Assembly: GCA_963805855.1 (NCBI GenBank)
Contig: CAWDVW010000005.1
Span: forward strand, 1 to 64,000
Reading direction: 5' to 3'
Source: Candidatus Dadabacteria bacterium
GTDB taxonomy: Bacteria; Desulfobacterota_D; UBA1144; Nemesobacterales; CSP1-2
DNA length: 64,000 nt
Each line of letters opens with the position of its first letter. The stretch's first letter is position 1. The translations under genes and the position numbers were made by a program. The notes beneath the pieces were generated by a model. It ran no database searches, had not been told where the DNA came from, and was given only the letters and a program-made list of their open reading frames with translations. Below, piece by piece: positions 41,846 through 52,027 of the stretch.

Positions 41846-42025
41846 ATGCTGAAAACAAACATAATCGGGAGTACAATTATAAGTATTATACTACTTGCCA
41901 TTGTGGGTTATGCTTTATCTATTGGCATGTCAATCGACTGGCATCTATACATAAAAATTGGGGCAGTTGTCCTGGTAATAGCCGCAATAATTGGCATAGC
42001 GTCAGCAGGGGGAGATAAAGCTTAA
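41846..42025 (+). CDS. Small two-TM membrane protein (59 aa, absent from the ORF track)
   Basis: GGAGG at 41834-41838 then ATG; translates MLKTNIIGSTIISIILLAIVGYALSIGMSIDWHLYIKIGAVVLVIAAIIGIASAGGDKA*. Confidence 0.65.
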   Translation: MLKTNIIGSTIISIILLAIVGYALSIGMSIDWHLYIKIGAVVLVIAAIIGIASAGGDKA

Positions 42026-42206
42026 GTCATTTTCCTCACCGAAGAACTGATTAACAATAATTATAATATAAGCCTCTCCTAAATTATCCCTTTTGATGAT
42101 AGAAATGCTATAATGCCCACGGATCGAGCGAATCTTCACTTTTAAATTTCAGCAGGCTAATACCAGCTGCGTGAGAATTTGAAAATCATTTTGGGACGTT
42201 GTTTCT

Positions 42207-42854
42207 TTATGATGCAAGAATTATATTGCCGGCACCGTGCGAAGTTTTAGCTCTTTGAGGATGATACCTGAGAATATGGATAAAATAGCTCCTTGGATTT
42301 ACCTCGTTTTCGATAAAGAATTCTACTTCATTCAGAAATTCCTGTACAATCTCCCTCCCATAATCAATGGAAATTCTGGACTTCCTTAACTCTATATTAT
42401 CTTTATATTCCCTGATGATTTTGATTACACGATCGGATATCTCATTTGCAAAGGAATTTTCGGATCTGTGATCATAAACTAGCCCTCTCTTCTCCGTATC
42501 AAGCGTTTTGAGAACTAGCCCAAGACCTTCTGCTAAATCAACGTTCCCGATTCTATTGTTAGTCCGAAAAACATTTACAAGCGCAATTTCGATGTCTTTA
42601 AAGATCTCGGGATTCTTGTCGTACATCTCCGCCCGCCTGATAAATGAACCAACACCCTCTTTTCTGAGCCTTTGCCTTGATACCTTTTCCTGTTGATATT
42701 TCTGCCCCTCAACATAATAGGTGCAATCAAGGGGACAATTTATCTCTACGCCTCTTTTCTCTCCACAACATACCGGACATATGTATCCATTCTTTGCAGG
42801 ACAATGCCGTTTCCCCTTTCTCTTTTCACAAAATAAGCATTTCATATCTAACAA
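42207..42854 (-). CDS. Hypothetical protein with Cys-rich N-terminal metal-binding domain
   Basis: CLFC...RHCPA..YICPVCCG...INCPLDCTY; co-oriented behind the mutase genes. Confidence 0.75.
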   Translation of the reverse strand: MLDMKCLFCEKRKGKRHCPAKNGYICPVCCGEKRGVEINCPLDCTYYVEGQKYQQEKVSRQRLRKEGVGSFIRRAEMYDKNPEIFKDIEIALVNVFRTNNRIGNVDLAEGLGLVLKTLDTEKRGLVYDHRSENSFANEISDRVIKIIREYKDNIELRKSRISIDYGREIVQEFLNEVEFFIENEVNPRSYFIHILRYHPQRAKTSHGAGNIILAS

Positions 42855-42864
42855 ATGATAGCAT

Positions 42865-43275
42865 TTATGGATTCCTGGGTTTTACGTTCTTCTTTACCCA
42901 ATCAATTATTTCTCCAGTTGGTGTACCCGGTTCGAATATGGCCATTACACCATCCTTAATAAGTCCGACTATATCTCCTTTGGGAATAATCCCACCGCCA
43001 AAAACCGCAATATCGTCGGCTCCCTTTTCTTTTAATAACCTCGTTACCTCGGGAAACAGATAATTATGAGCTCCAGAAAGAATACTCAATCCTATTGCAT
43101 CGACGTCTTCCTGAATCGCGGTCTCCACAATCATTTCGGGCGTATGGTGAAGGCCCGTGTAGATTACTTCAAATCCAGCATCTCTAAGAGCCCGCGCGAC
43201 TATTTTTGCACCTCTATCATGCCCGTCCAACCCCGCCTTACCAATCAAGATCCTTACTCTTCTCTCGTCTCCCAT
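42865..43275 (-). CDS. Acyl-CoA mutase small (B12-binding) subunit, IcmB-like
   Basis: [33 protein letters not shown]. Confidence 0.93.
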   Translation of the reverse strand: MGDERRVRILIGKAGLDGHDRGAKIVARALRDAGFEVIYTGLHHTPEMIVETAIQEDVDAIGLSILSGAHNYLFPEVTRLLKEKGADDIAVFGGGIIPKGDIVGLIKDGVMAIFEPGTPTGEIIDWVKKNVKPRNP

Positions 43276-43302
43276 AACTTTTTCCTTATCGCTATACTAC
43301 AC

Positions 43303-43385
43303 GATGCAAGATGCAAGATACAGGATGCAGGATAAAAGAAGAAGATAATCAGGGATCGTGCATCATGTATCGTGTATCATGCATC
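43303..43385. repeat. Inverted arrays of heptamer repeats (GATRCAN)
   Basis: GATGCAA GATGCAA GATACAG GATGCAG ... GTGCATC ATGTATC GTGTATC ATGCATC. Confidence 0.78.
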
Positions 43386-43391
43386 GCGTCT

Positions 43392-45059
43392 TTAAAAATA
43401 CCCCGGATCTCTGTAGACGCCAAATACATCCCTGAAGACATCGCTAATTTCACCCACAGTTGCATATTCTCTAACAGCCTCAACTATAAAAGGCATCAAA
43501 TTCTCTCCCTTTTTAGCCGCACCGGTTATCGCTTGTAGATGTTTTCGCACAGCTCGGTTGTTTCGATTTCCTTTTATGGCAGTAAGCCTTTTCCTCTGCT
43601 CATCTTCAACCTCATCATCAATATTCAACGTTGGGAACGCGGTTTCGTCTTCGACTTTGTAATTGTTTACCCCAACTATGACCTTTTGACCAATATCAAG
43701 CTGCCTCTGGTACTTATATGATGCGTCAGCAATCTCTCTTTGAGGAAATCCGTTGTCAACAGCCTGAATGATTCCACCTAGTTCATCTATCTTTCGGATG
43801 TAATCGAGAGACATCTTCTCCATCCGGTTCGTAAGAGATTCAATCACATAGCTTCCACCGAGCGGATCAATTGAATTTACAACTCCGCTTTCTTCTGCGA
43901 TTATCTGCTGGGTTCTAAGAGCAACTGTTACCGCTTCTTCGGTTGGAAGTGCAAGTGTCTCGTCCATGGAATTCGTATGCAGGGACTGCGTTCCGCCAAG
44001 TACCGCTGCCAAGGCTTGAATCGTAACCCTCACTATGTTGTTTAAAGGCTGTTGGCCGGTAAGACTGCATCCCGCAGTCTGCGCGTGAGTCCTCAGCATC
44101 CAAGATTTTGGATTTTTCGCTCCAAATCGCTCTCTCATGATATGTGCCCAAAGCCTCCGGGCAGCGCGGAATTTAGCAATCTCCTCAAGAAAATCATTAT
44201 GAACGTTGAAAAAGAAAGATAGTTGATGAGCAAACTCGTCTACTCGAAGACCGCGCTCGATGCATTCCCTGACATACCCGATCCCATCAGCAAGCGTAAA
44301 AGCAAGTTCCTGAACAGCCGTCGAACCGGCCTCACGAATATGGTAACCGGAAATAGAAACGGGGTGCCACTTGGGAACAAGCCTGGAACAAAACTCAATT
44401 ATATCTATTACGAGTTTTACGGAAGGCCTCGGCGGACATATCCACTCTCTCTGTGCAATGAATTCCTTTAACATATCATTCTGGATTGTGCCATCCAACT
44501 TATCCCATTTAATACCCTGTTTCTCCGCAACTACGAGATACATCGCCAGAATTATACTGGCCGTACAGTTTATGGTCATTGAGGTTGATACCTTATCCAG
44601 CCTTATACCGTCGAATAAAGCTTCCATATCTGCAAGCGACGAAACCGAAACACCTTCTCTTCCAACCTCCCCGGTTGACCGTGTATGATCACTGTCGTAA
44701 CCCATAAGAGTAGGCATATCAAAAGCGGTACTGAGTCCGGTTTGACCATGTTTCAATAGAAACTTAAATCTTTTGTTAGTATCTTCTGGAGAGCCAAAAC
44801 CAGCGAACTGCCGCATGGTCCAGAGCCTCCCCTGATACATACTGTCGTAAATACCCCTTGTAAAGGGATAAGAGCCTGGATATCCAAGATTGTCCATATA
44901 ATCGAACCCGTCCAGATCCAGGGGCGTAGCAAGAGGAGGCACGTCCATTCCCGAGATTGTAGTAAAATCAGCATTCCTTTTAGGGTGTTCTTGATAATTC
45001 TTTTCCCAGGTCTGCTTCCCCTCTTCTATTTTGTTACGTTCCTCTTTATGGTCTCGCAT
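43392..45059 (-). CDS. Acyl-CoA mutase large subunit, isobutyryl-CoA mutase (IcmA)-type
   Basis: [50 protein letters not shown]. Confidence 0.9.
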   Translation of the reverse strand: MRDHKEERNKIEEGKQTWEKNYQEHPKRNADFTTISGMDVPPLATPLDLDGFDYMDNLGYPGSYPFTRGIYDSMYQGRLWTMRQFAGFGSPEDTNKRFKFLLKHGQTGLSTAFDMPTLMGYDSDHTRSTGEVGREGVSVSSLADMEALFDGIRLDKVSTSMTINCTASIILAMYLVVAEKQGIKWDKLDGTIQNDMLKEFIAQREWICPPRPSVKLVIDIIEFCSRLVPKWHPVSISGYHIREAGSTAVQELAFTLADGIGYVRECIERGLRVDEFAHQLSFFFNVHNDFLEEIAKFRAARRLWAHIMRERFGAKNPKSWMLRTHAQTAGCSLTGQQPLNNIVRVTIQALAAVLGGTQSLHTNSMDETLALPTEEAVTVALRTQQIIAEESGVVNSIDPLGGSYVIESLTNRMEKMSLDYIRKIDELGGIIQAVDNGFPQREIADASYKYQRQLDIGQKVIVGVNNYKVEDETAFPTLNIDDEVEDEQRKRLTAIKGNRNNRAVRKHLQAITGAAKKGENLMPFIVEAVREYATVGEISDVFRDVFGVYRDPGYF

Positions 45060-45117
45060 TTGTTACCTCAAATAAACAATAAATCATGTCCGTCAATGAT
45101 CGGCGAAATCTCTAATC

Positions 45118-46557
45118 TCACGAGTAGTTTTTCAAATTTACAACCATGAGTTTTAATTCTGTCATCTCTTCGATTGCATACCTTAAACCTTCTCTCCCGA
45201 CGCCCGAATCCTTTACACCTCCATAAGGCATGTTTTCAACCCTGAAACTTGGGTAGTCATTTATGATAACCCCGCCAACATTTAGCGCATTATATGCCTT
45301 AAACATCTTTTTCATATCTTTAGTAAACACCGCCGCCTGAAGTCCATACCTTGAGTTGTTTACCCAACCCAGGACATCATCGAAATCTTTATACCTCTCC
45401 ACATGAACCACAGGACCAAATACCTCGTTGCAGCTCACATTACACGCAGCAGGGACGTCAGTCAGGACCGTAGGCTCGATCAAACTACCATCCCTGTGTC
45501 CCCCAGTGAGAAGCTTCGCTCCGCTTTCTACCGCTTCATCAATCCATTTCATTATCCTATCGGCGGAATCTGTATCAATGACTGGCCCCACATCTGTATC
45601 TTCGAGCATAGGGTCGCCGAGTTTAAGCGCTTTGGTGGCAGATATGAACTTATCGAGAAATCGATCAAAAATCTTATCATGCACATACATCCTTTGAACC
45701 GATATACAGCTCTGTCCGGCTTGATAAAACGCCCCCCATGCATTCCGGCTCGCAGCAAAATCCAAATCCGGAGGGTCTTCGTCTATAATAGTGGCTGCGT
45801 TTCCCCCTAGCTCAAGTGTTACCTTCTTCTTGGGGAATTTCTTCATTAGCTCCCAGCCGATCTCATCGCTCCCGGTAAAGGACACCTTCTTTATCCTCTC
45901 ATCTTCCATCACCGGTTCAATTTGAGATCCGGGCAGTGTAAGGATATTCAGCACCCCTTCGGGCAGTCCCGCTTCCATGACAACTTCGCCGAGCATGAGT
46001 GCAGATAGAGGTGTTTGCGACGCTGGCTTTAGTATCATAGCATTTCCCGTCGCAATCGAAGGAGCGACCTTATGAGCTACCAGGTTGAGGGGAAAATTAA
46101 AGGGAGAAATACCCATGACAACACCAAGCGGAAATCTACGCGTTAAACCATACATCTCTTCGTTTCCGGGAACAATGTCGATTGGTATTAGATTACCCTC
46201 TGAAAACCTATTGGCTTCCCCGGCAGCAACCGAAAAGGTTGTCATCGCACGACCAACCTCGACCCTCGCTGTTTTCAACGGCTTACCCCCCTCCTCGACT
46301 AAGGCTTTGGCAAAATCATCCTTTCTTTTCTCAATGCCATCCACAATCCTTTTCAGTATGTTGCTTCTTGAATAACCAGGGCTATTTTTGAATTTGTCAA
46401 ATGCCGTTTGAGCCCCATCCAGCGCCTTTTTTGAGTCCTTTGGTTCGGGGATATTTGTAATTCCTACCACTTCACCATGATAGGGGCTTTTGACCTCACG
46501 TTTCTTCTGACTTTTGACCCATTTGCCGTTTACAAGACATCCATATTCCTTTGCCAT
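45118..46557 (-). CDS. Aldehyde dehydrogenase family protein
   Basis: SPFNFPLNL, FTGS, LELGGN, GQSCIS, EVFGP, PYGGVKDSG. Confidence 0.95.
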   Translation of the reverse strand: MAKEYGCLVNGKWVKSQKKREVKSPYHGEVVGITNIPEPKDSKKALDGAQTAFDKFKNSPGYSRSNILKRIVDGIEKRKDDFAKALVEEGGKPLKTARVEVGRAMTTFSVAAGEANRFSEGNLIPIDIVPGNEEMYGLTRRFPLGVVMGISPFNFPLNLVAHKVAPSIATGNAMILKPASQTPLSALMLGEVVMEAGLPEGVLNILTLPGSQIEPVMEDERIKKVSFTGSDEIGWELMKKFPKKKVTLELGGNAATIIDEDPPDLDFAASRNAWGAFYQAGQSCISVQRMYVHDKIFDRFLDKFISATKALKLGDPMLEDTDVGPVIDTDSADRIMKWIDEAVESGAKLLTGGHRDGSLIEPTVLTDVPAACNVSCNEVFGPVVHVERYKDFDDVLGWVNNSRYGLQAAVFTKDMKKMFKAYNALNVGGVIINDYPSFRVENMPYGGVKDSGVGREGLRYAIEEMTELKLMVVNLKNYS

Positions 46558-46739
46558 AATATTGCCTCCAAGAATTCGATAGTAACGTGAAGCTATGTAA
46601 AGTCAGTTGTAAAAACTAACAGACCAAGGTGGAAAACACCAGTAATATTAAACAAAAAGATTGGAGTTAAGTCAAGGAAAAGTCATTAAAAGCAGCGGAG
46701 GGCCTGAGTACTCCATAAAACAAAACGAAAGGAAACCTA

Positions 46740-46908
46740 TCGGGACAAGAATGTCCCGACTATCCATAATAAATACCGTCATCAATAACGATAGGCGGGG
46801 TTTTCGAACCCCGCATGGATAAAACATAAAGAATGGAAACCTAAAGGTTTCCTCTACATATCATATAAATATTGAAATTAAACATGTAGCGGAGGACTTT
46901 AGTCCTCC
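46740..46908. repeat. Cluster of four REP-like palindromes arranged as two inverted doublets
   Basis: TCGGGACA-AGAA-TGTCCCGA+CTATC; GATAG+GCGGGGTT-TTCG-AACCCCGC; GGAAACCT-AA-AGGTTTCC+TCTAC; GTAGC+GGAGGACT-TT-AGTCCTCC. Confidence 0.8.
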
Positions 46909-46984
46909 CACTAGATATCCTATTTTGGTTTTCCATAAAAAATATTGTCAAAATACCAATTGTGATTTATCCACAAAAACTCGA

Positions 46985-48934
46985 CTATTGCACGGTTACA
47001 AATATTACTGAACTCAAGGGATCAGTCATGTCACACTGATCCATCGTACCAGAATTATCAATACATCCCTGAAGGCTAACCTGCTGACCGCTTAGCGCCG
47101 TAGCGGGTATCGTTAGATTAATGACTCCAACGGCATCCCCGCCTGCATCCGCTTGCGCGCAGGCTGTACCAGCAGGCGGTGCCCCAAATGGACCAGAAAT
47201 TGTTGCACCACCGGTAGTACCGTCAACGAGAATTTGAACGCAGAGCTCAGATCCTGCAGCTTGGTTAGTCATCACATTAATAAATGTATTTCCATTAGCC
47301 GGCACGAGCGAACTGGTTGCCTGGATTGTTACGGCAGCCGCCGGTGGCGGAGTCGGCACAGGGGTTGGAGTTGGAGGTGCTGGTGAAACTATTACAGTTC
47401 CAAAAGCACTGGGGTCAACGCCACCGCACCCTCCGGACATGTCAGCGTCGATGCATCCACGCACGGTTACACTTTGCTCCGTCAGCACAAGACCGCCTAG
47501 TAGACCTATTACAGCCTCACCCTGCGAAGATACCGTTATGCAGGGGCCACCCAACAACGTCGACACAGGATTGCTATCCACGACAATTTCAAAACAGATC
47601 TGGGTGGGAGGTTGCTGAGGGGGTGTTGTCATGGCGGTAATCGTGGATTGCCCACCGGGCGGAATAACAGCAGGGTTCGCTGAAAGTGAGATTGGGGAGG
47701 GCACACCCTCAGGATCGCAATCCACAAACGTACTAGCCTGTACATCGTCGGGATCACATTGCCCATTAGGCATCCCGCTATCGTCTATACAACACGTTAA
47801 TTGGATTGTTTGTAATGTAACCACATTGCCACAAGTCAAAACGCTAAAAAAGTCGCCGTTTATATCTGTTACCCCGCAATCAGGGACCATTGAATCAAGA
47901 ACAGAGGGAGGCATACTATCGATTGGAATATCACAACAAACATCCGTAGCTGGCGGGGCGTTCATGGTTGTTGCCATCACGATAGTACTGCCACCAGGCT
48001 CGATCGTTTCATTAAACACAGTAACGTCTATTGACGGGCCCGGAGTAGGAGTTGGTGTCGGCCCAGGAGTTGGTGTCGGCCCAGGGGTTGGTGTCGGGCT
48101 TGGTGTGGGTGTCGGGGTTGGCGGCGGCGGCGCAAGCTGATCGAAAGAAATGGAAGCCTGTATCGTCCTATCCTCAACCGGAATTGAATCACAATCGGGA
48201 TCCTTTGTCGGGGGGTCCGGGAGAACTATTGTGACGATCACTGTTTGTGAACATTCTGTCCCATCAACAGGATCATACTCCACAATTGCAACACCCTCAA
48301 AAACTGAACCTAGGACAGGAGTTGGATTGCTTAGGGACCCGCATGAATTATTCGTGAGCTGGAAATTGACAACTGTCCCGGGAGGTATACCAAATGTATC
48401 GACTTGAATTGTTGCAAACGCGTCCGGGTCTGATGTAATCATGTCCGGACCGGTGATTGAAACAATCCCGACCCCTTGAATAACAACAGTAGCGAAATTA
48501 GACGCCTGTATACCATTTTGAAGCGTCGATGTAACTGCAACATTCACAAAACCGAGATCTCCAACACCTATTAACGGTCCACTCAGATATTCGACATCGG
48601 CCCTGCCATCTATGACAACGGGATCGAAAAATGTAATGCAGCCTCTTAGATTAAACGGAAGAGTTGAACCGGTCAAACCTACCTGTATGGTTGCGCCATT
48701 TGGCGTCAAGAGCGGATTAAAAATCGCCTCTAGATCGCTAAAGTCGCAGGCATTTCCGAACAGCGCTACCGGAAAGGCATTTACCACGATCTGTTGAGTG
48801 CCGCTAGGCCTACCTGACTTCTGACCATTTACACCCTCTAGGCACGAAGACGCAAATAGAATTAAAAAGAAAGCTACACAGACCCCTATTAGTCTTGAAT
48901 AGTCCTTTGATATATTACATTTAATTATATTCAA
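46985..48934 (-). CDS. Large Cys-rich lipoprotein with Ig-like repeats and Pro-Thr linkers
   Basis: Lipobox-like ASSC, a (PT)n linker and three C-terminal repeats of about 110 aa each carrying xCID. Confidence 0.75.
   Translation of the reverse strand: MNIIKCNISKDYSRLIGVCVAFFLILFASSCLEGVNGQKSGRPSGTQQIVVNAFPVALFGNACDFSDLEAIFNPLLTPNGATIQVGLTGSTLPFNLRGCITFFDPVVIDGRADVEYLSGPLIGVGDLGFVNVAVTSTLQNGIQASNFATVVIQGVGIVSITGPDMITSDPDAFATIQVDTFGIPPGTVVNFQLTNNSCGSLSNPTPVLGSVFEGVAIVEYDPVDGTECSQTVIVTIVLPDPPTKDPDCDSIPVEDRTIQASISFDQLAPPPPTPTPTPSPTPTPGPTPTPGPTPTPTPGPSIDVTVFNETIEPGGSTIVMATTMNAPPATDVCCDIPIDSMPPSVLDSMVPDCGVTDINGDFFSVLTCGNVVTLQTIQLTCCIDDSGMPNGQCDPDDVQASTFVDCDPEGVPSPISLSANPAVIPPGGQSTITAMTTPPQQPPTQICFEIVVDSNPVSTLLGGPCITVSSQGEAVIGLLGGLVLTEQSVTVRGCIDADMSGGCGGVDPSAFGTVIVSPAPPTPTPVPTPPPAAAVTIQATSSLVPANGNTFINVMTNQAAGSELCVQILVDGTTGGATISGPFGAPPAGTACAQADAGGDAVGVINLTIPATALSGQQVSLQGCIDNSGTMDQCDMTDPLSSVIFVTVQ
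48036..48130 (-). repeat. Coding tandem repeat (18-bp unit, PGPTPT)
   Basis: GGAGTTGGTGTCGGCCCA-like units repeated. Confidence 0.7.
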
Positions 48935-48958
48935 CAGTCCATCCTCCTTAGATATTTC

Positions 48959-49522
48959 TCACTGCGCATTAACCGCAAACTCAGCCACATCAACAGACCC
49001 GCTTCTGGTCGAGACCTCAAGTGATGCAGGATCAATGATATTTTCTCCGTTTTGGTTACTTATCAGGATTTCAACCCTCGAAATTCCTTGATCATCGGTC
49101 ACCGTTTGCCATGGGGAATCTACAAGCGCGTCGAAAAAAAATAAATCAGACACCGACTGCTCAAGCGCGCAATCTCGCGGGCAAGCCTCAGGGTCAATAA
49201 GTTGGAGGCAGCGCTGGTCCGGTAACCCATCGCCATTTGTATCAATACAGAAAGAGCTTGGCCCGGCAAAAGACAGAGTCCAGAACACCCTAACGCCATT
49301 CAAAGCTCCAGCTTCATTCTCAACAATTGCCTCAACTTCTATTATTTCAAATGCGTTTGGACGAATCGTTATATCTCCCGGAGGGTTGAGCATGGTTACT
49401 GTCGAGCCAGAAGGGGCAAAAGGCGGGTTAGATCCACAGCCATAGTTTGTTATTACAATGGTAGCCACAATAATCGCAACAGGAAATTGATACAAAATTG
49501 ATCTAATATAGTTAATATCCAT
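48959..49522 (-). CDS. Putative lipoprotein downstream of pilQ
   Basis: Hydrophobic N-terminus ending YGC, a DTNGDG motif, four further Cys, VTDDQG. Confidence 0.7.
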   Translation of the reverse strand: MDINYIRSILYQFPVAIIVATIVITNYGCGSNPPFAPSGSTVTMLNPPGDITIRPNAFEIIEVEAIVENEAGALNGVRVFWTLSFAGPSSFCIDTNGDGLPDQRCLQLIDPEACPRDCALEQSVSDLFFFDALVDSPWQTVTDDQGISRVEILISNQNGENIIDPASLEVSTRSGSVDVAEFAVNAQ

Positions 49523-49540
49523 TCATCTCTCTCCTTTTAT

Positions 49541-51445
49541 TTATCGAACTATTCTAGGTGTTATGAACACCATAAGCTCCCTTCTTTGATCCAATGTTGT
49601 TTCTCTTCTAAAAAGCCAGCCCAGAAGAGGAACCCTTGAAAACCATGGGACACCAGAGATCCTTTCCGATACATCTCTTTTAAAAATCCCACCTATTACT
49701 ATCGTCTCACCATCGGACGCGAGGGCTTGTGTCTCCGCCTCATTCCTTCTTATACTCGGCTGACCGTTAGCACCAGTTATAGTTGGATCAGGGGCATTAT
49801 CAGTGACACGAATTTCCATCAGTATCCTGTTGTCATTTGTAACGTGTGGAGTGACCTCGAGTCTTAAAGTGGCATCGACAAATTGAGTCTGTGTACCAGC
49901 TGCAGAGACACTCAGAAACGGTATTGAGACCCCCTGCTCAATCCTTGCAGGCTGATTATCAAGCGTCAATACCTTAGGAGATGATAAAATCCTCCCATCA
50001 CCCTTATTCTCCAATGCTGAAAGCCTTATATCAAGATCGAAGGCACCGGTAAGACTGCCAAGCACCAGGCCTATCGCACCACCCCCGCCCGTACCTACTG
50101 CAGCCGGAAGATCAATTATGAAATTATCAGCGGCGGTTCCAAAGGGAGAACCAACATTTACTCCACCAACATCAACACTGGAGGGGAAGGTTGCACCAGT
50201 GGGATTTCCCGTAGCGGCTGATGCCCGGTAGTTTAGACCCCACTGTACTCCCAGTTCCCTTATGAAATCGAGCGTTGCCTGCACGACCCTGGATTCAATT
50301 AGAACCTGTGGTGTCCTTGTGTCTAAACTAGTTATTAGCTCTTCTATATCTCCAATCCTAGATACGATATCCGTTAGCAATATGCTATTAGTGCGGGTAT
50401 CTACTCTAATAGTACCTCCCGGCGATAACAGTGGACTAACCAGCGGTACCAACTCCTCAGCCCTCGCATAGTTTACGAATACCTGTCTCGTCTCAAGCGG
50501 TTCAAGTTTTTCTTTTGTTCTGGCGGCAGCCAGTATTTCAGTTTGTCGTTTCTGTAGGGTTGCGAGCGGAGCAATCTTCATCACATTGCCCTCAACAATT
50601 GCTCCCAACCCACCATCTTCAAGGACTACGTCTAATGCCTGGTCCCAAGGGACATCCGAGAGCTTTAGGGTTACAGTTCCCGTGACATTATTCGCAATTA
50701 TAATATTAAATCCACTTATGTCTGCAAGAATCCTGAATACGTCTCTGATATCCGCATCTTTGAAATCAAATGAGACACGCTCTCCGCGATACTCTTTTTG
50801 GGCACCCGGCGTACCGGCGACACGATAATCAAATGCCCAAATTACTCTTTCCTCTCTAGCTGGTTCTGCTACTCCTTCTGGCGGTTTCTGAAATCTCAAA
50901 GTCAACAGATTGTTACTCTGATCAGTCAACATGGGTACGTCTTCTTTAAGCTCTAACACAATAATCGTATTATTCTCTGAACCGGGATCCCTGAATGAGG
51001 AAACAAAATTCAGAGGGCTGTCGAATTCACTTACATCTCGCGATACCTGCAGGTTCGCCGGAAGAACGACATTCAGCAGTTTTATCCTCGACGTATTCCC
51101 TTCCCTCGGTAGTTCTTCATATGAAGCCCTTTCAGAGGTCATGATAGTCACAATTCCCATCCCGTCCTCAGCATTAAAATTAATGCTTTCGACGGAATTT
51201 ATCCTATCCGTTTGGACGGGTGCCGGAGGCTGAGACTCCATGCCTGAACCCTGATTCTGAGCAACCTTTAACTCGGAGTGATGTCTGCCTGAGCTTACCA
51301 ACATACTCGGGTCAGAATCAAACCCAGGGTAATCTTTACTGTTAGTTTGATGTGCGGAAGCAGATAGGTTAAAACCAGAAACAAATACGGAATAGATTAA
51401 GAAAAAAATAATGTATATGAGATACTGTCTATCAACATTCACCAA
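49541..51445 (-). CDS. pilQ: Type IV pilus secretin
   Basis: YRGERVSFDFKDADIRDV, VPWDQALD, QVLIESRVV, ILSSPKV, RRELMVFITPRIV. Confidence 0.95.
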   Translation of the reverse strand: MVNVDRQYLIYIIFFLIYSVFVSGFNLSASAHQTNSKDYPGFDSDPSMLVSSGRHHSELKVAQNQGSGMESQPPAPVQTDRINSVESINFNAEDGMGIVTIMTSERASYEELPREGNTSRIKLLNVVLPANLQVSRDVSEFDSPLNFVSSFRDPGSENNTIIVLELKEDVPMLTDQSNNLLTLRFQKPPEGVAEPAREERVIWAFDYRVAGTPGAQKEYRGERVSFDFKDADIRDVFRILADISGFNIIIANNVTGTVTLKLSDVPWDQALDVVLEDGGLGAIVEGNVMKIAPLATLQKRQTEILAAARTKEKLEPLETRQVFVNYARAEELVPLVSPLLSPGGTIRVDTRTNSILLTDIVSRIGDIEELITSLDTRTPQVLIESRVVQATLDFIRELGVQWGLNYRASAATGNPTGATFPSSVDVGGVNVGSPFGTAADNFIIDLPAAVGTGGGGAIGLVLGSLTGAFDLDIRLSALENKGDGRILSSPKVLTLDNQPARIEQGVSIPFLSVSAAGTQTQFVDATLRLEVTPHVTNDNRILMEIRVTDNAPDPTITGANGQPSIRRNEAETQALASDGETIVIGGIFKRDVSERISGVPWFSRVPLLGWLFRRETTLDQRRELMVFITPRIVR

Positions 51446-51496
51446 GCCATCCTCCTCTAAAGATGTAGTAAATGTGTTAACATTTATAATTATAGA

Positions 51497-52027
51497 CTAT
51501 TCTTGAAAGCTAAGAACAACTTTTTCTACCTCCACCTTTTCTTCACCAAATAAGTCTTCGTAATGCCTAGTTTCTTTTACCAGAATGCCGCTGTTTCTGA
51601 TCTCCAAAATGACTCCTCCCTGATTTCCAATTTCATCTCCAACCACCAGATAATATGTATTCTTCTCTGGATCTACGACCATTGCCCTTGGCTCACCCTC
51701 GATCCACAAGATCCCAGCTATTCTAAACTCCTGGAGTTCATATCTTTTAATAGGTGGTGTCAATGAACCATCTCCGGGCTCTTCTTCTTCGCTTGCGATT
51801 TTTATAAAAGGCCTAAATGGATCACGCTCGACAACAGGGTTACCAACTTCAGCTTTAGACTGCGGATTGTTCTGGTTATCTAATTTCTCCATAGATGGAC
51901 TGGTATCCATATGTTCCTCAGTAATAGTTTCCTCTGTTCTAGCGACCAAAGAACAGACGCAGGTCAACATAAAAAGCAGAACAATAATTTCAATATACAT
52001 CGGTCCTTTTGTAATTCCAGAAATCAT
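51497..52027 (-). CDS. pilP: Type IV pilus assembly protein PilP
   Basis: RDPFRPF, YELQEFRIAGIL, AMVVDP, GDEIGNQGG; operon position. Confidence 0.88.
   Translation of the reverse strand: MISGITKGPMYIEIIVLLFMLTCVCSLVARTEETITEEHMDTSPSMEKLDNQNNPQSKAEVGNPVVERDPFRPFIKIASEEEEPGDGSLTPPIKRYELQEFRIAGILWIEGEPRAMVVDPEKNTYYLVVGDEIGNQGGVILEIRNSGILVKETRHYEDLFGEEKVEVEKVVLSFQE

Noticed and set aside
46740-46908. CRISPR array
   Set aside because: The palindromes differ in sequence and orientation, there are no direct repeats with unique spacers, and no cas genes are present.
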